Shown here: positions 26,090 to 33,565 of the stretch, piece by piece
How positions within the stretch are numbered: the first letter of the stretch is position 1
Layout: every line of letters begins with the position of its first letter
Notes under the pieces: model-generated
What the model was told of the DNA's origin: nothing
The model's input: only the letters and a program-made list of their open reading frames with translations
Database searches by the model: none
Position numbers and translations under genes: made by a program
Assembly: GCA_035700025.1 (NCBI GenBank)
Contig: DASSOY010000007.1
Span: 1,193-65,192, forward strand
Direction: 5' to 3'
Origin: Bacillales bacterium
GTDB lineage: Bacteria > Bacillota > Bacilli > Bacillales > DASSOY01
Length of the DNA stretch: 64,000 nt

Positions 26090-27614
26090 AAATAAGGCCG
26101 TTTCTCACTGCCCGAACCGCTGCTTCCGTGCGGTTGCGGGCGTTCATTTTTTGCATGATTGTCGAAACGTAATCTCTCACCGTATATTCGCTTAAATGCA
26201 GGTGTTCCGCCGCCTCGGTCGTCGTGGCGCCGTCGGCCATCAGTTTTAAGACGTCGAGCTCTCGCTGTGAGAGCTGATAAGAGAAACTGGTCCGGGTTCG
26301 CTCCGGTTCGTCTCCTCCGTATTTTGTCAGCAATTCGCCGGCGCTTTGACCGAAGTGCATGAGCGCCATGAATGTTTCGCGCGGCATTTTGAACGACTTT
26401 TCCGGTCCTTGGTCCAAGACGACGGCCCCAATCAGCTTGTTTTCGGACGGTACGTACACGGGAGCGACCACGACCGTTTTCAGCTGAAACTTGCGAACGT
26501 ATTGCAATGGAAACGCTTCTTCCGCTGAAGGAATGTAGATCGGCTGCCAAAGTCTCATGTGATGGTCGTGCGGCAGGAGGTTTTTCAAGTTCTTTTCCAG
26601 CAACGGTACGTGTTCGATGGGGAGCTTGATGCGGCGAATTTCATCGGCATTGAGCTCGCAGCCGAACAAGCCGGATCCGGTACGGTCGTCGTCGGAATAG
26701 GCAAACAGCGCACACCTTTCAAACGGCAAGTAGTTGACAAACCCTTGCGTCACTTTTTCCAACGCTTCTCTCAGCGTTCCCGCCGGCATGATCCAATTGT
26801 TGAACAAGCGCACGGCGTCTTTCCATTGTTGCTTTTGCTGTGTAAACTGCCGCATCGACTCGCCGGCAGCGTGAATTTGCAACACGAACGTCAGAAAAGG
26901 AAGGAGAGATGCTGCATCTTGACCGGATGTGCCGATCAACAACGTTTCCTCTCTCCAGGGGACCGGCAAGACGTGTCTTTCTTTAGTTGACGAAGACGGG
27001 AACGCCGCTAAGAGCTTCTCGGACAACAAGAAAACCGACTCGGCTGCCAATGGGGTTTCCCGTCGGCACAACCCGTCCGGTCCGATGATCGCCGTCACTT
27101 CATAGCGGGAATGGCGTTGCTTTGCACGGGCCACCCAGTCGACGGGCAATTGCCGGGAGGAAACGAGCTGTTCCACTAGTCGGGTGATGTTCACTTGTTC
27201 GTGAAACGGGGTCGACAGAAGGAGTTCGCCGATTTGCCCAAATAAAAATTGCACTGCTTGGTGATTGCGGCGGGAGTCGGCGCCGGTATCGCCGGAAACC
27301 GCGCGGTGAACAGCATTTTCTAACATCGTGACGACAAAGATGACGTGATTCGGATGGAACCGGGCGTCAACGGTGCAGGCGCTTTCTTCCAATTTTATAA
27401 AAAAAACGTTTGCGTCTTCCGCAGGCTCGCTGAAAAAATGGTTCGCAAAAAAATCGATGCCCGTTTCCATCGCCGCCGCTGTTTTTCCTCCATGTTCCCG
27501 GACTTGCGCACGCATGGCTGCCCATTCATCCTCGATGAAATTTCGGTGGCTTCTGACCAAATCCAATCCGGTTTGCAAAACCGCTTTCAGCTGCCGATCC
27601 AAGGAAAGCGCCAT
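26088..27614 (-). CDS. One-component transcriptional regulator: unknown N-terminal domain, a GAF-like domain and a C-terminal LuxR/GerE HTH
   Basis: The C-terminus LSQRELDVLKLMADGATTTEAAEHLHLSEYTVRDYVSTIMQKMNARNRTEAAVRAV is a canonical LuxR-type HTH. The preceding ~150 aa (ALEKVTQGFVNYLPFERCALFAY...LIGAVVLDQ) look GAF-like. There is no receiver domain. Confidence 0.85.
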   Translation of the reverse strand: MALSLDRQLKAVLQTGLDLVRSHRNFIEDEWAAMRAQVREHGGKTAAAMETGIDFFANHFFSEPAEDANVFFIKLEESACTVDARFHPNHVIFVVTMLENAVHRAVSGDTGADSRRNHQAVQFLFGQIGELLLSTPFHEQVNITRLVEQLVSSRQLPVDWVARAKQRHSRYEVTAIIGPDGLCRRETPLAAESVFLLSEKLLAAFPSSSTKERHVLPVPWREETLLIGTSGQDAASLLPFLTFVLQIHAAGESMRQFTQQKQQWKDAVRLFNNWIMPAGTLREALEKVTQGFVNYLPFERCALFAYSDDDRTGSGLFGCELNADEIRRIKLPIEHVPLLEKNLKNLLPHDHHMRLWQPIYIPSAEEAFPLQYVRKFQLKTVVVAPVYVPSENKLIGAVVLDQGPEKSFKMPRETFMALMHFGQSAGELLTKYGGDEPERTRTSFSYQLSQRELDVLKLMADGATTTEAAEHLHLSEYTVRDYVSTIMQKMNARNRTEAAVRAVRNGLI

Positions 27615-27780
27615 GATCGAGCCGACTCCTTTCGTTTTTCCGATTTCTTCCTATTCAACAAATTTCGGACACAATGGTTCCTTTTACAGGGGTACGCCGC
27701 GAATTGCGGAAGCTCTTTTTCATCCGAACCAACCCTTCATTCGTCGGGAGGCGTCTGGCAAATCCCCACACGTCTCGGAA

Positions 27781-27819
27781 TTGTCGGAGGGCAAGACTGT
27801 GCATACAATTAAAATTGTA
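27781..27819 (+). promoter_or_regulatory. Candidate sigmaA promoter of the 3-gene operon, with a palindrome overlapping the -10
   Basis: TTGTCG (27781-27786), a 17-nt spacer, then TACAAT (27804-27809). The perfect inverted repeat TACAATT-AA-AATTGTA spans 27804-27819. Confidence 0.45.
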
Positions 27820-27863
27820 AGCGTTTTCCTATTCAAATTCGAACAATGCGGAGGGAGAAGAAC

Positions 27864-28469
27864 ATGAATGCAGTGCTCCGTCATGAACCTACGGAAGAAG
27901 CGTCTTGCATCGTTGCGGGACGTATCGTGAAAAAGAAGTTTTTCGCGGCGCTCCTTGCGGGATTTCTCATGCTCGGCGGCTTGGCGGCGGCTTTTGGTAT
28001 TTCCGGAGTCGCTTTTGCGATGCCGATCGGTGGAATCGGCAACTTTCACGTCGAATTCGATAAGCTTGTCGGCACGAATTTTAAATTTTTTCCGAAACTC
28101 GGCGAAACCGGCAACAAAGACAAAGCGCCGATGGTCCGCAACAAAATCGACGAAGCGACCGTTTACGGCTTGCACATTTACAAAAACATCACGTTGCCGG
28201 GCGGGAACGATATCCGCCTGAACATCACCGCCGACAAACCGGTGAAAATCAAAGGCCTCATTCAGGACGCCAGATTCATCGAAGGGAATTTCCAGTTCAA
28301 CGATTTGGCGATCGCCGAGCATAACACAGACGATTTCACGAAAGAGTTTACCCAGGAAGCGAGTCATCTCGTGATCAAAAACGCGAGCATCGTGACCGAC
28401 TATTTGTTTCAAAGCATGGTTACGTTGAATGGAACGAAAATATACGTCGAAGACATTCCCGACAAGTAA
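27864..28469 (+). CDS. Secreted or membrane-anchored protein of unknown function (from memory resembles actinobacterial DUF6230; unverified)
   Basis: ATG 27864 follows GGAGGGAG. The signal-peptide-like N-terminus is KKKFFAALLAGFLMLGGLAAAFGISGVAFA|MP, followed by a ~150-aa beta-rich domain (FHVEFDKLVGTNF...LVIKNASIVTDYLFQSMVTL). Confidence 0.75.
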   Translation: MNAVLRHEPTEEASCIVAGRIVKKKFFAALLAGFLMLGGLAAAFGISGVAFAMPIGGIGNFHVEFDKLVGTNFKFFPKLGETGNKDKAPMVRNKIDEATVYGLHIYKNITLPGGNDIRLNITADKPVKIKGLIQDARFIEGNFQFNDLAIAEHNTDDFTKEFTQEASHLVIKNASIVTDYLFQSMVTLNGTKIYVEDIPDK

Positions 28470-28508
28470 ACGCGAACGGTTCGGCAACCGGAACAAAGAG
28501 GTGAGAAG

Positions 28509-28979
28509 ATGGCGAAAATCGAGCAAAATGCCGCCAAAAAGACGGAAAAACAGCGAAAGCGGCGGGAGGATGTAATCCAGGCGGGTCCGTTCAAACGGTG
28601 GCGAAGCGAGCGGCCGTTTTGGGGAGCGACGTTAACGCTGCTTTCCGGGATCATGATTTTATACATTCCCGTACAATTGTACGCGATCGCTTTTGCTCCC
28701 GGGAGTTTTGCCTTTGTCGGATTGTTGTTCGGGGGATTGATCGTGATCATCGGCAGCATGGCTTATAGGTACCCGCCGTTTTCGACGGTGTTCGGCGTAG
28801 TGACGATTTTTCTTTCCGTGTTGTCGATCATGGGTGCGCTCGGCGGATTCGTCATTGGCACCATCATTGGCATCATCGGCGGCGCGTTGTGCATTGCTTG
28901 GCAGCCGGAAATGGTTTCGAGCGAAACAGAAATCAGCGCCGTACAAGAACAGCTTGAGGAACCCGGATTAGGAGAATAA
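28509..28979 (+). CDS. Small 4-TM membrane protein of unknown function (from memory resembles DUF6114; unverified)
   Basis: A basic cytoplasmic N-terminus (KKTEKQRKRRED) is followed by four hydrophobic, Gly-rich helices. RBS AAGAGGTGA. It lies 39 nt after the upstream gene. Confidence 0.75.
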   Translation: MAKIEQNAAKKTEKQRKRREDVIQAGPFKRWRSERPFWGATLTLLSGIMILYIPVQLYAIAFAPGSFAFVGLLFGGLIVIIGSMAYRYPPFSTVFGVVTIFLSVLSIMGALGGFVIGTIIGIIGGALCIAWQPEMVSSETEISAVQEQLEEPGLGE

Positions 28980-28981
28980 AA

Positions 28982-30445
28982 ATGAAGCCGTTCACACGGA
29001 CGATCAGACAACCGCATATGTGGCTGGCCGTTGTCGTCATGGCGTTTCTCGCCGTACCGATAGGCGGGCAAGATGCGGCAGCCGCGGGCGAATCGCCGCA
29101 TGGATTCGTCATCCATGCCAACCGGATTTCCGGCGACATGCTGCCCCCGACGATCGTCGTCAAAAACGGACGACCGTTGCTGCGGTTCCGTTATCGGTCG
29201 GCGGTCATCAGAGGGTTGTCGATGACGAAGCAATTGGCGACGCCGGAAGGGCCGATGACGGTAAAAGTGCACGCCGCTTCGGCAGAAGCGAAAAACATGA
29301 AGGTCGATGCTTCGGCGTTCACGTTCGGCGGGGCTTGCTTAACACTCGGCGAAGCGCGGCCGCAACTCGTGCTAAAGAACGTGACGATGGTTGCCCATTA
29401 TCAATCGGCGAGCCGCCTCCGGCTCGAGCAAGCAAAGATTGGCGCGGTTCCGGGAAGGCACGGGCTCGACCGGCCGTCCGCGCCTGACTGGTTGCAACAG
29501 TTGCAACAAACCAGTGCCGCTTCGTTGCGAGAGGCGATTGAAAAGCTGATGAACGGAAACGTGCCTTTGTTGCCGTGCAGCAGCGGGAAAGATGACGGGC
29601 AGAACAAGCAGACGTCGGTTGTTGGTAAGGGGATGCACGGCGATGAGGTCGATAAAGTCGAACAAACCGCGAAAACGATCGAACAAGCGGCTGCCGGAAC
29701 TGTCAATGGCGCGGTCGATGGTATCGTTGGCGGACAAACCGGAAAAGCTGTTGGCGGTTTGCTCGATGAGGCGGAAGCAGGGGAGTTGCCATCCTTGCCG
29801 GAAGACCTCGAGCAAACCGTATGCGACGGTGTCGAAGCGCTGAAGAAACGTTTGGGCGAACTCGAGAGTGCAATCGATGAGCTCGAAAAAACCGTCACCG
29901 CCGCGACGGCGAAAACGAATGACGAATTAACAGCGGTTGATCAATTAAAGAAGCGGTTGCAAGAAATTCATGGTGAAATCGAACCGCTTGTCGCCGCCGA
30001 GCCGGACCGGGAAAATTTTACACGGTTAAAGGAACAAGCGGAGGACTTGAAACGGCAAGAAGAAGAGCTGCGTCAGTTAAAGGGAGCGGCCAACGACCGA
30101 CGGCTGAAGCTGGAACAGCTTCAGGCGCGATTGAACAGCTTGCAACAGCAAGCCGCCGGCATCGACGTGCCGCCGGGCTGCTCGTCAGTTTCTGCGGACG
30201 AGGCAACGGATGCGCTCCGCCGTCTTCGCCAACAAACTGAAACGGGACGTGAGCTGCTCGATCGCCTTGGCCATCAAATCGAAACGAGCGAAGCGATCGT
30301 CAAGACGATCGTCCGTGAAGCAGAAACGTACCTGAAAGAAGCGCAGCAAGCATGGGAAAGCCGATTGCTCAGCGGAATAACGGACGCGCTTAGGAACTTG
30401 GCGAACGAAGTGGAAGATGTACTGACCGACATAAAGAAAGAATGA
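28982..30445 (+). CDS. Secreted protein: N-terminal domain paralogous to the 27864-28469 product, plus a long C-terminal coiled coil
   Basis: The ATG is 2 nt after the upstream stop, behind AGGAGAA. The signal peptide is MWLAVVVMAFLAVPIGGQDAAAA. The N-domain aligns with the first ORF in three collinear blocks. The C-terminal ~250 aa are heptad-like and E/K/Q/L-rich. Confidence 0.75.
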   Translation: MKPFTRTIRQPHMWLAVVVMAFLAVPIGGQDAAAAGESPHGFVIHANRISGDMLPPTIVVKNGRPLLRFRYRSAVIRGLSMTKQLATPEGPMTVKVHAASAEAKNMKVDASAFTFGGACLTLGEARPQLVLKNVTMVAHYQSASRLRLEQAKIGAVPGRHGLDRPSAPDWLQQLQQTSAASLREAIEKLMNGNVPLLPCSSGKDDGQNKQTSVVGKGMHGDEVDKVEQTAKTIEQAAAGTVNGAVDGIVGGQTGKAVGGLLDEAEAGELPSLPEDLEQTVCDGVEALKKRLGELESAIDELEKTVTAATAKTNDELTAVDQLKKRLQEIHGEIEPLVAAEPDRENFTRLKEQAEDLKRQEEELRQLKGAANDRRLKLEQLQARLNSLQQQAAGIDVPPGCSSVSADEATDALRRLRQQTETGRELLDRLGHQIETSEAIVKTIVREAETYLKEAQQAWESRLLSGITDALRNLANEVEDVLTDIKKE

Positions 30446-30469
30446 AACGCCTAGAACTAGAAGGCGTCT

Positions 30470-31268
30470 CAAAAGCGAATCTTTCTGATGCTCGGAAAGC
30501 GATGCCGCTCGTTAGCGGCATATCTACGCTTCTCATGTACGATTCACCCATTTGTCGGTGGCACCGACAATTTCCGATTGGTCGAACTGCTGGAATCGCT
30601 CATGAGAGACGCTATTTGGATGGATATCGCGATTTTTTACCGATTATCGCTCATAGAGAACGCTATTTTTTTAGAAACCCCGGAAATCGCATTGATTTCC
30701 GGGTGGTTTTTAGAAATAGCGCTTCTCATGAGCGTTTCTATTTAAAAACCGGGCATATTAGGAAAATAGCGAATCTGATGCACGTTTTTTAATATAGCAT
30801 GAGATTTTCGGTAAACCGAAAATTTCCGATTGGTAGAACTGCTGAAATCGCTCATGAGGAACGCTATTTGGATGGAAATCGCGATTTTTACCGATTATCG
30901 CTCATAGAGAACGCTATTTTTTAAGAAACCCCGGAAATCGCATCGATTTCCGTAAGGTTTTTGGAAATAGCGCTTCTCATGAGCGTTTCCATTTAAAAAC
31001 CGGGCATATTAAGAAAATAGCGAATCTGATGCACGTTTTTTAATATAACATGAGATTTTCGGTCAACCGAAAATTTCCGATTGATCGAACTGCTGAAATC
31101 GCTCATGAGAGACGCTATTTGGATCGAATTCGCGATTTTTACCGATTATCGCTCATAGAGAACGCTATTTTTTAAGAAACCCCGGAAATCGCATCGATTT
31201 CCGGGTGGTTTTTGGAAATAGCGAATCTGATGCACGATTTTAACAAAGCATGAGATTTTCGGAACCGA
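30470..31268. repeat. Tandem array of a structured ~251-bp intergenic repeat: partial unit, two full units, and one unit with an internal deletion
   Basis: The anchor TTTCCGATTG recurs at 30571, 30823 and 31074 (periods of 252 and 251 bp). Units share the hairpins ATTTTCGG-TAAA-CCGAAAAT and CCCGGAAATC-GCATT-GATTTCCGGG, plus four copies of a ~21-nt box (CGCTCATGAGAGACGCTATTT), two direct and two inverted. Confidence 0.88.
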
Positions 31269-31341
31269 GCCGTGTCACCGGCATCAATTTTATCTGTCGA
31301 AATCAAACGTTCCGCCACGATTTTCCTCAATAAGGGTGTCG

Positions 31342-31370
31342 TCGACATAAAATCTGACTTTTGCTATAAT
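31342..31370 (+). promoter_or_regulatory. Candidate sigmaA promoter of the nuo operon (extended -10)
   Basis: TCGACA (31342-31347), a 17-nt spacer containing TGc, then a perfect TATAAT (31365-31370). Confidence 0.55.
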
Positions 31371-31411
31371 AAGAAAGATTCAACATAAAGATGAAGGCGG
31401 GAGGTATGGCG

Positions 31412-31777
31412 ATGAATCTGTATGAAAACAGCTACTTGATGATCGCCGTATTTTTTGTTTTAGGCGTGTTGCTGCCGGTGGTTGCGCTGACGGCTGGGAA
31501 AATTTTGCGACCGAATAAACCATCAGCTGAAAAAGCGATCACTTACGAAAGCGGCATCGACCCGTTCCAGGACAGTTGGGTTCAATTCAATGTTCGCTAT
31601 TACCTTTTTGCTTTGTTGTTCGTGATTTTTGACGTGGAAACCGTCTTTTTGTATCCGTGGGCCGTTGCGTACGACCAATTAGGCATCTTCGCCCTCGTCG
31701 AGATGTTTATTTTTATGGTCATGCTGTTGATCGGCCTCCTTTACGCCTGGAAAAAGAAGGTGTTGAAATGGAATTAG
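31412..31777 (+). CDS. nuoA: NADH:quinone oxidoreductase subunit A
   Basis: [18 protein letters not shown]...YESGIDPF...[18 protein letters not shown] 31412 is 8 nt after GGGAGG; the earlier ATGs lack usable spacing. Confidence 0.93.
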   Translation: MNLYENSYLMIAVFFVLGVLLPVVALTAGKILRPNKPSAEKAITYESGIDPFQDSWVQFNVRYYLFALLFVIFDVETVFLYPWAVAYDQLGIFALVEMFIFMVMLLIGLLYAWKKKVLKWN

Positions 31778-32295
31778 ATTTGAGCGGTATTACGCCTCAA
31801 GAACAGGAAGAGCTGAAAAGAAACGTGTTTCTCGTCACGCTCGAGCAAATGAAAGCTTGGGCGCGAAGCAATTCGTTATGGCCGATGACATTCGGGCTCG
31901 CTTGCTGCGCGATTGAAATGATGGGCACTGGTGCATCCCACTATGATCTCGATCGGTTCGGTTCGATTTTTCGCACGTCTCCGCGGCAGTCGGACGTCAT
32001 GATTGTGTCAGGAACGGTTACGAAAAAAATGGCCCCGGTCATTCGCCGGTTGTACGATCAAATGCCGGATCCGAAGTGGGTGATCGCGATGGGCTCGTGT
32101 GCAACCGCAGGCGGTCCATATGTGTATTCTTACGCGGTCGTGAAGGGCGTCGATCAAGTCGTTCCGGTTGATGTGTACATCCCGGGGTGCCCGCCGAATC
32201 CCGCGGCTCTCATTTACGGCATTCATAAATTGCAAGAAAAAATTCGCCAAGAAGCGAAAACCGGAAAGCGGGTGAAGCGCGTTGGCGAACGATGA
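31768..32295 (+). CDS. nuoB: NADH:quinone oxidoreductase subunit B
   Basis: [17 protein letters not shown]...[10 protein letters not shown]...IPGCPP (N2 cluster ligands). ATG 31768 overlaps the nuoA stop. Confidence 0.95.
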   Translation: MELDLSGITPQEQEELKRNVFLVTLEQMKAWARSNSLWPMTFGLACCAIEMMGTGASHYDLDRFGSIFRTSPRQSDVMIVSGTVTKKMAPVIRRLYDQMPDPKWVIAMGSCATAGGPYVYSYAVVKGVDQVVPVDVYIPGCPPNPAALIYGIHKLQEKIRQEAKTGKRVKRVGER

Positions 32296-33562
32296 TCGTC
32301 GGGACGAAAAGAAAGCGCTTACGGAGCAAGACGAAAAGACTTCAGGAAAGAAAAGCGCGGAAGAACGTGTAAGAGAGATTAAGAGGCGGAAGGAAGAAGC
32401 GAAGCGTGCGGCTGAAGGCGATGCGGAAGTGAAAAGCGAGGCGAAGCTTTCGGCTGAAGAGCGCGTACGGGAGATTAAAAGAAAAAAAGCAGCCGCCGCT
32501 GATTCGGCGAAGGCGAACGCTGATAAGAAGTCGGCCGCGGAAGCGCGTGTGGCGGAGATTAAGCGGCGGAAGGAAGCGGCGCAGGCCGGGTCAGCGGAGG
32601 AAACGAGTTCCGCGGGCAGTGCGAAGAAAGGCGCTGAAGAGCGCGTGCGCGAAATCAAAAGGAAAAAAGAAGCGGCAGCCGGCGGTTCGCCGGAGCCGAA
32701 CGCTGATAAGAAGTCGGCCGCGGAAGCGCGAGTCGCGGAGATTAAGCGGCGGAAGGCGGAAGCCGCGGCAAAGAAAGCCGGTGGCGATGAAGCTGGGAAG
32801 AAGCTTTCGGCCGAAGAGCGCGTAGCGGAGATCAAGCGAAAGAAGGAAGCGGCGAAGCGGAAAGCGGGCGAAGGCGAGCCCGCGGCGGACGCGAAGTCCG
32901 CTGCGCAGCAGCGCGTAGCGGAGATCAAGCGGAAGAAGGCGCTCGCGGCGCAGAAGAAGCAAGCGGACGGCGAAGCCGGCGACAAGAGCGATCGCGAGAA
33001 GAAGATCGCGGCGATGAAGGCGAAGGCGGCGGCGAAGAAAGCGGCAGCGAAGCGCGAAGCGCAGGCGGAGCCGGAGGCGCCGTCGGTGAATGAGCCGCTG
33101 CTGGCGAAGTACGTCGCGGTGATCAAGGAGCGGCTCGGGGACGAGGCGCTGGAGGCGGCGTACATCAACAGGCTGGCGAAGGAAGTGCCGACGTTGGTGG
33201 CGAAGCCGGAGGCGTACCGGGCGGTCGCTGAGTTGTTGAAGAGCGACGAGCGGCTGCATTTTGAGTATTTGGCGGAGATTCACGGGACGGATTTTGAGAC
33301 GCACATGGAAATGTATTTGCATTTATATTCTTATAAAAATCGTCAGGCGGTGGCCCTGAAGGTGAAAGTGGACCGCGACGCGCCGGAGATTGATTCGGTG
33401 ACGCCGGTCTGGAAAGGGGCGGACTGGCCGGAGCGGGAAGCGTATGATTTGCTCGGGATCCGCTTTAAAGGGCATCCGAACTTGACGCGCATCATGATGC
33501 CGGACGATTGGGTCGGGCATCCGCTCCGAAAAGATTATGAGCCGCACGACGCGGAGGTGTAG
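32282..33562 (+). CDS. nuoC: NADH:quinone oxidoreductase subunit C with a ~265-aa repetitive N-terminal extension
   Basis: The C-terminal ~160 aa are canonical NuoC ([32 protein letters not shown]). The N-terminal part is in frame and repeat-rich. The TTG start at 32282 overlaps the nuoB end, and the exact start is uncertain. Confidence 0.88.
   Translation: MANDDRRDEKKALTEQDEKTSGKKSAEERVREIKRRKEEAKRAAEGDAEVKSEAKLSAEERVREIKRKKAAAADSAKANADKKSAAEARVAEIKRRKEAAQAGSAEETSSAGSAKKGAEERVREIKRKKEAAAGGSPEPNADKKSAAEARVAEIKRRKAEAAAKKAGGDEAGKKLSAEERVAEIKRKKEAAKRKAGEGEPAADAKSAAQQRVAEIKRKKALAAQKKQADGEAGDKSDREKKIAAMKAKAAAKKAAAKREAQAEPEAPSVNEPLLAKYVAVIKERLGDEALEAAYINRLAKEVPTLVAKPEAYRAVAELLKSDERLHFEYLAEIHGTDFETHMEMYLHLYSYKNRQAVALKVKVDRDAPEIDSVTPVWKGADWPEREAYDLLGIRFKGHPNLTRIMMPDDWVGHPLRKDYEPHDAEV
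32340..33070 (+). repeat. Intragenic tandem coding repeats in nuoC (7 clear copies and 1 degenerate copy of K-x-SAEERV(R/A)EIKR(K/R)K)
   Basis: The motif recurs about every 25-32 aa. Copies differ by synonymous codons: gta cgg gag att aaa aga at about 32465, versus gtg cgc gaa atc aaa agg at about 32645, both encoding VREIKR. Confidence 0.9.
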
Positions 33563-33565
33563 CCG

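Noticed and set aside
30442-30792. ORFs of 60-116 aa lying inside the 251-bp repeat arrays (30442-30792, 30488-30745 and 58291-58488) that look like a repeated small protein (…GRTAGIAHERRYLD…).
   Set aside because: Unit lengths differ (252 vs 251 bp) and units carry small indels, so the reading frame is not preserved from unit to unit or between arrays. No RBS precedes them. Conservation follows the hairpins and inverted boxes rather than codons. I treated them as noncoding repeats.
30470-31268. I considered whether the regular arrays could be a CRISPR locus or an IS/MITE.
   Set aside because: The period is about 251 bp with no short-repeat/unique-spacer alternation, and there are no cas genes in the window. 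There is no transposase, no terminal inverted repeats bracketing a unit, and no obvious target-site duplications. A MITE-like origin cannot be fully excluded without genome-wide copies.
32008-33168. A 386-aa ORF on the - strand, opposite nuoB/nuoC.
   Set aside because: It is a shadow of the GC-rich, repetitive nuoC extension. Its translation is low-complexity (A/S/F/R-rich), with no RBS or recognisable domain. The + strand frame shows synonymous-site variation that proves it is the coding one.
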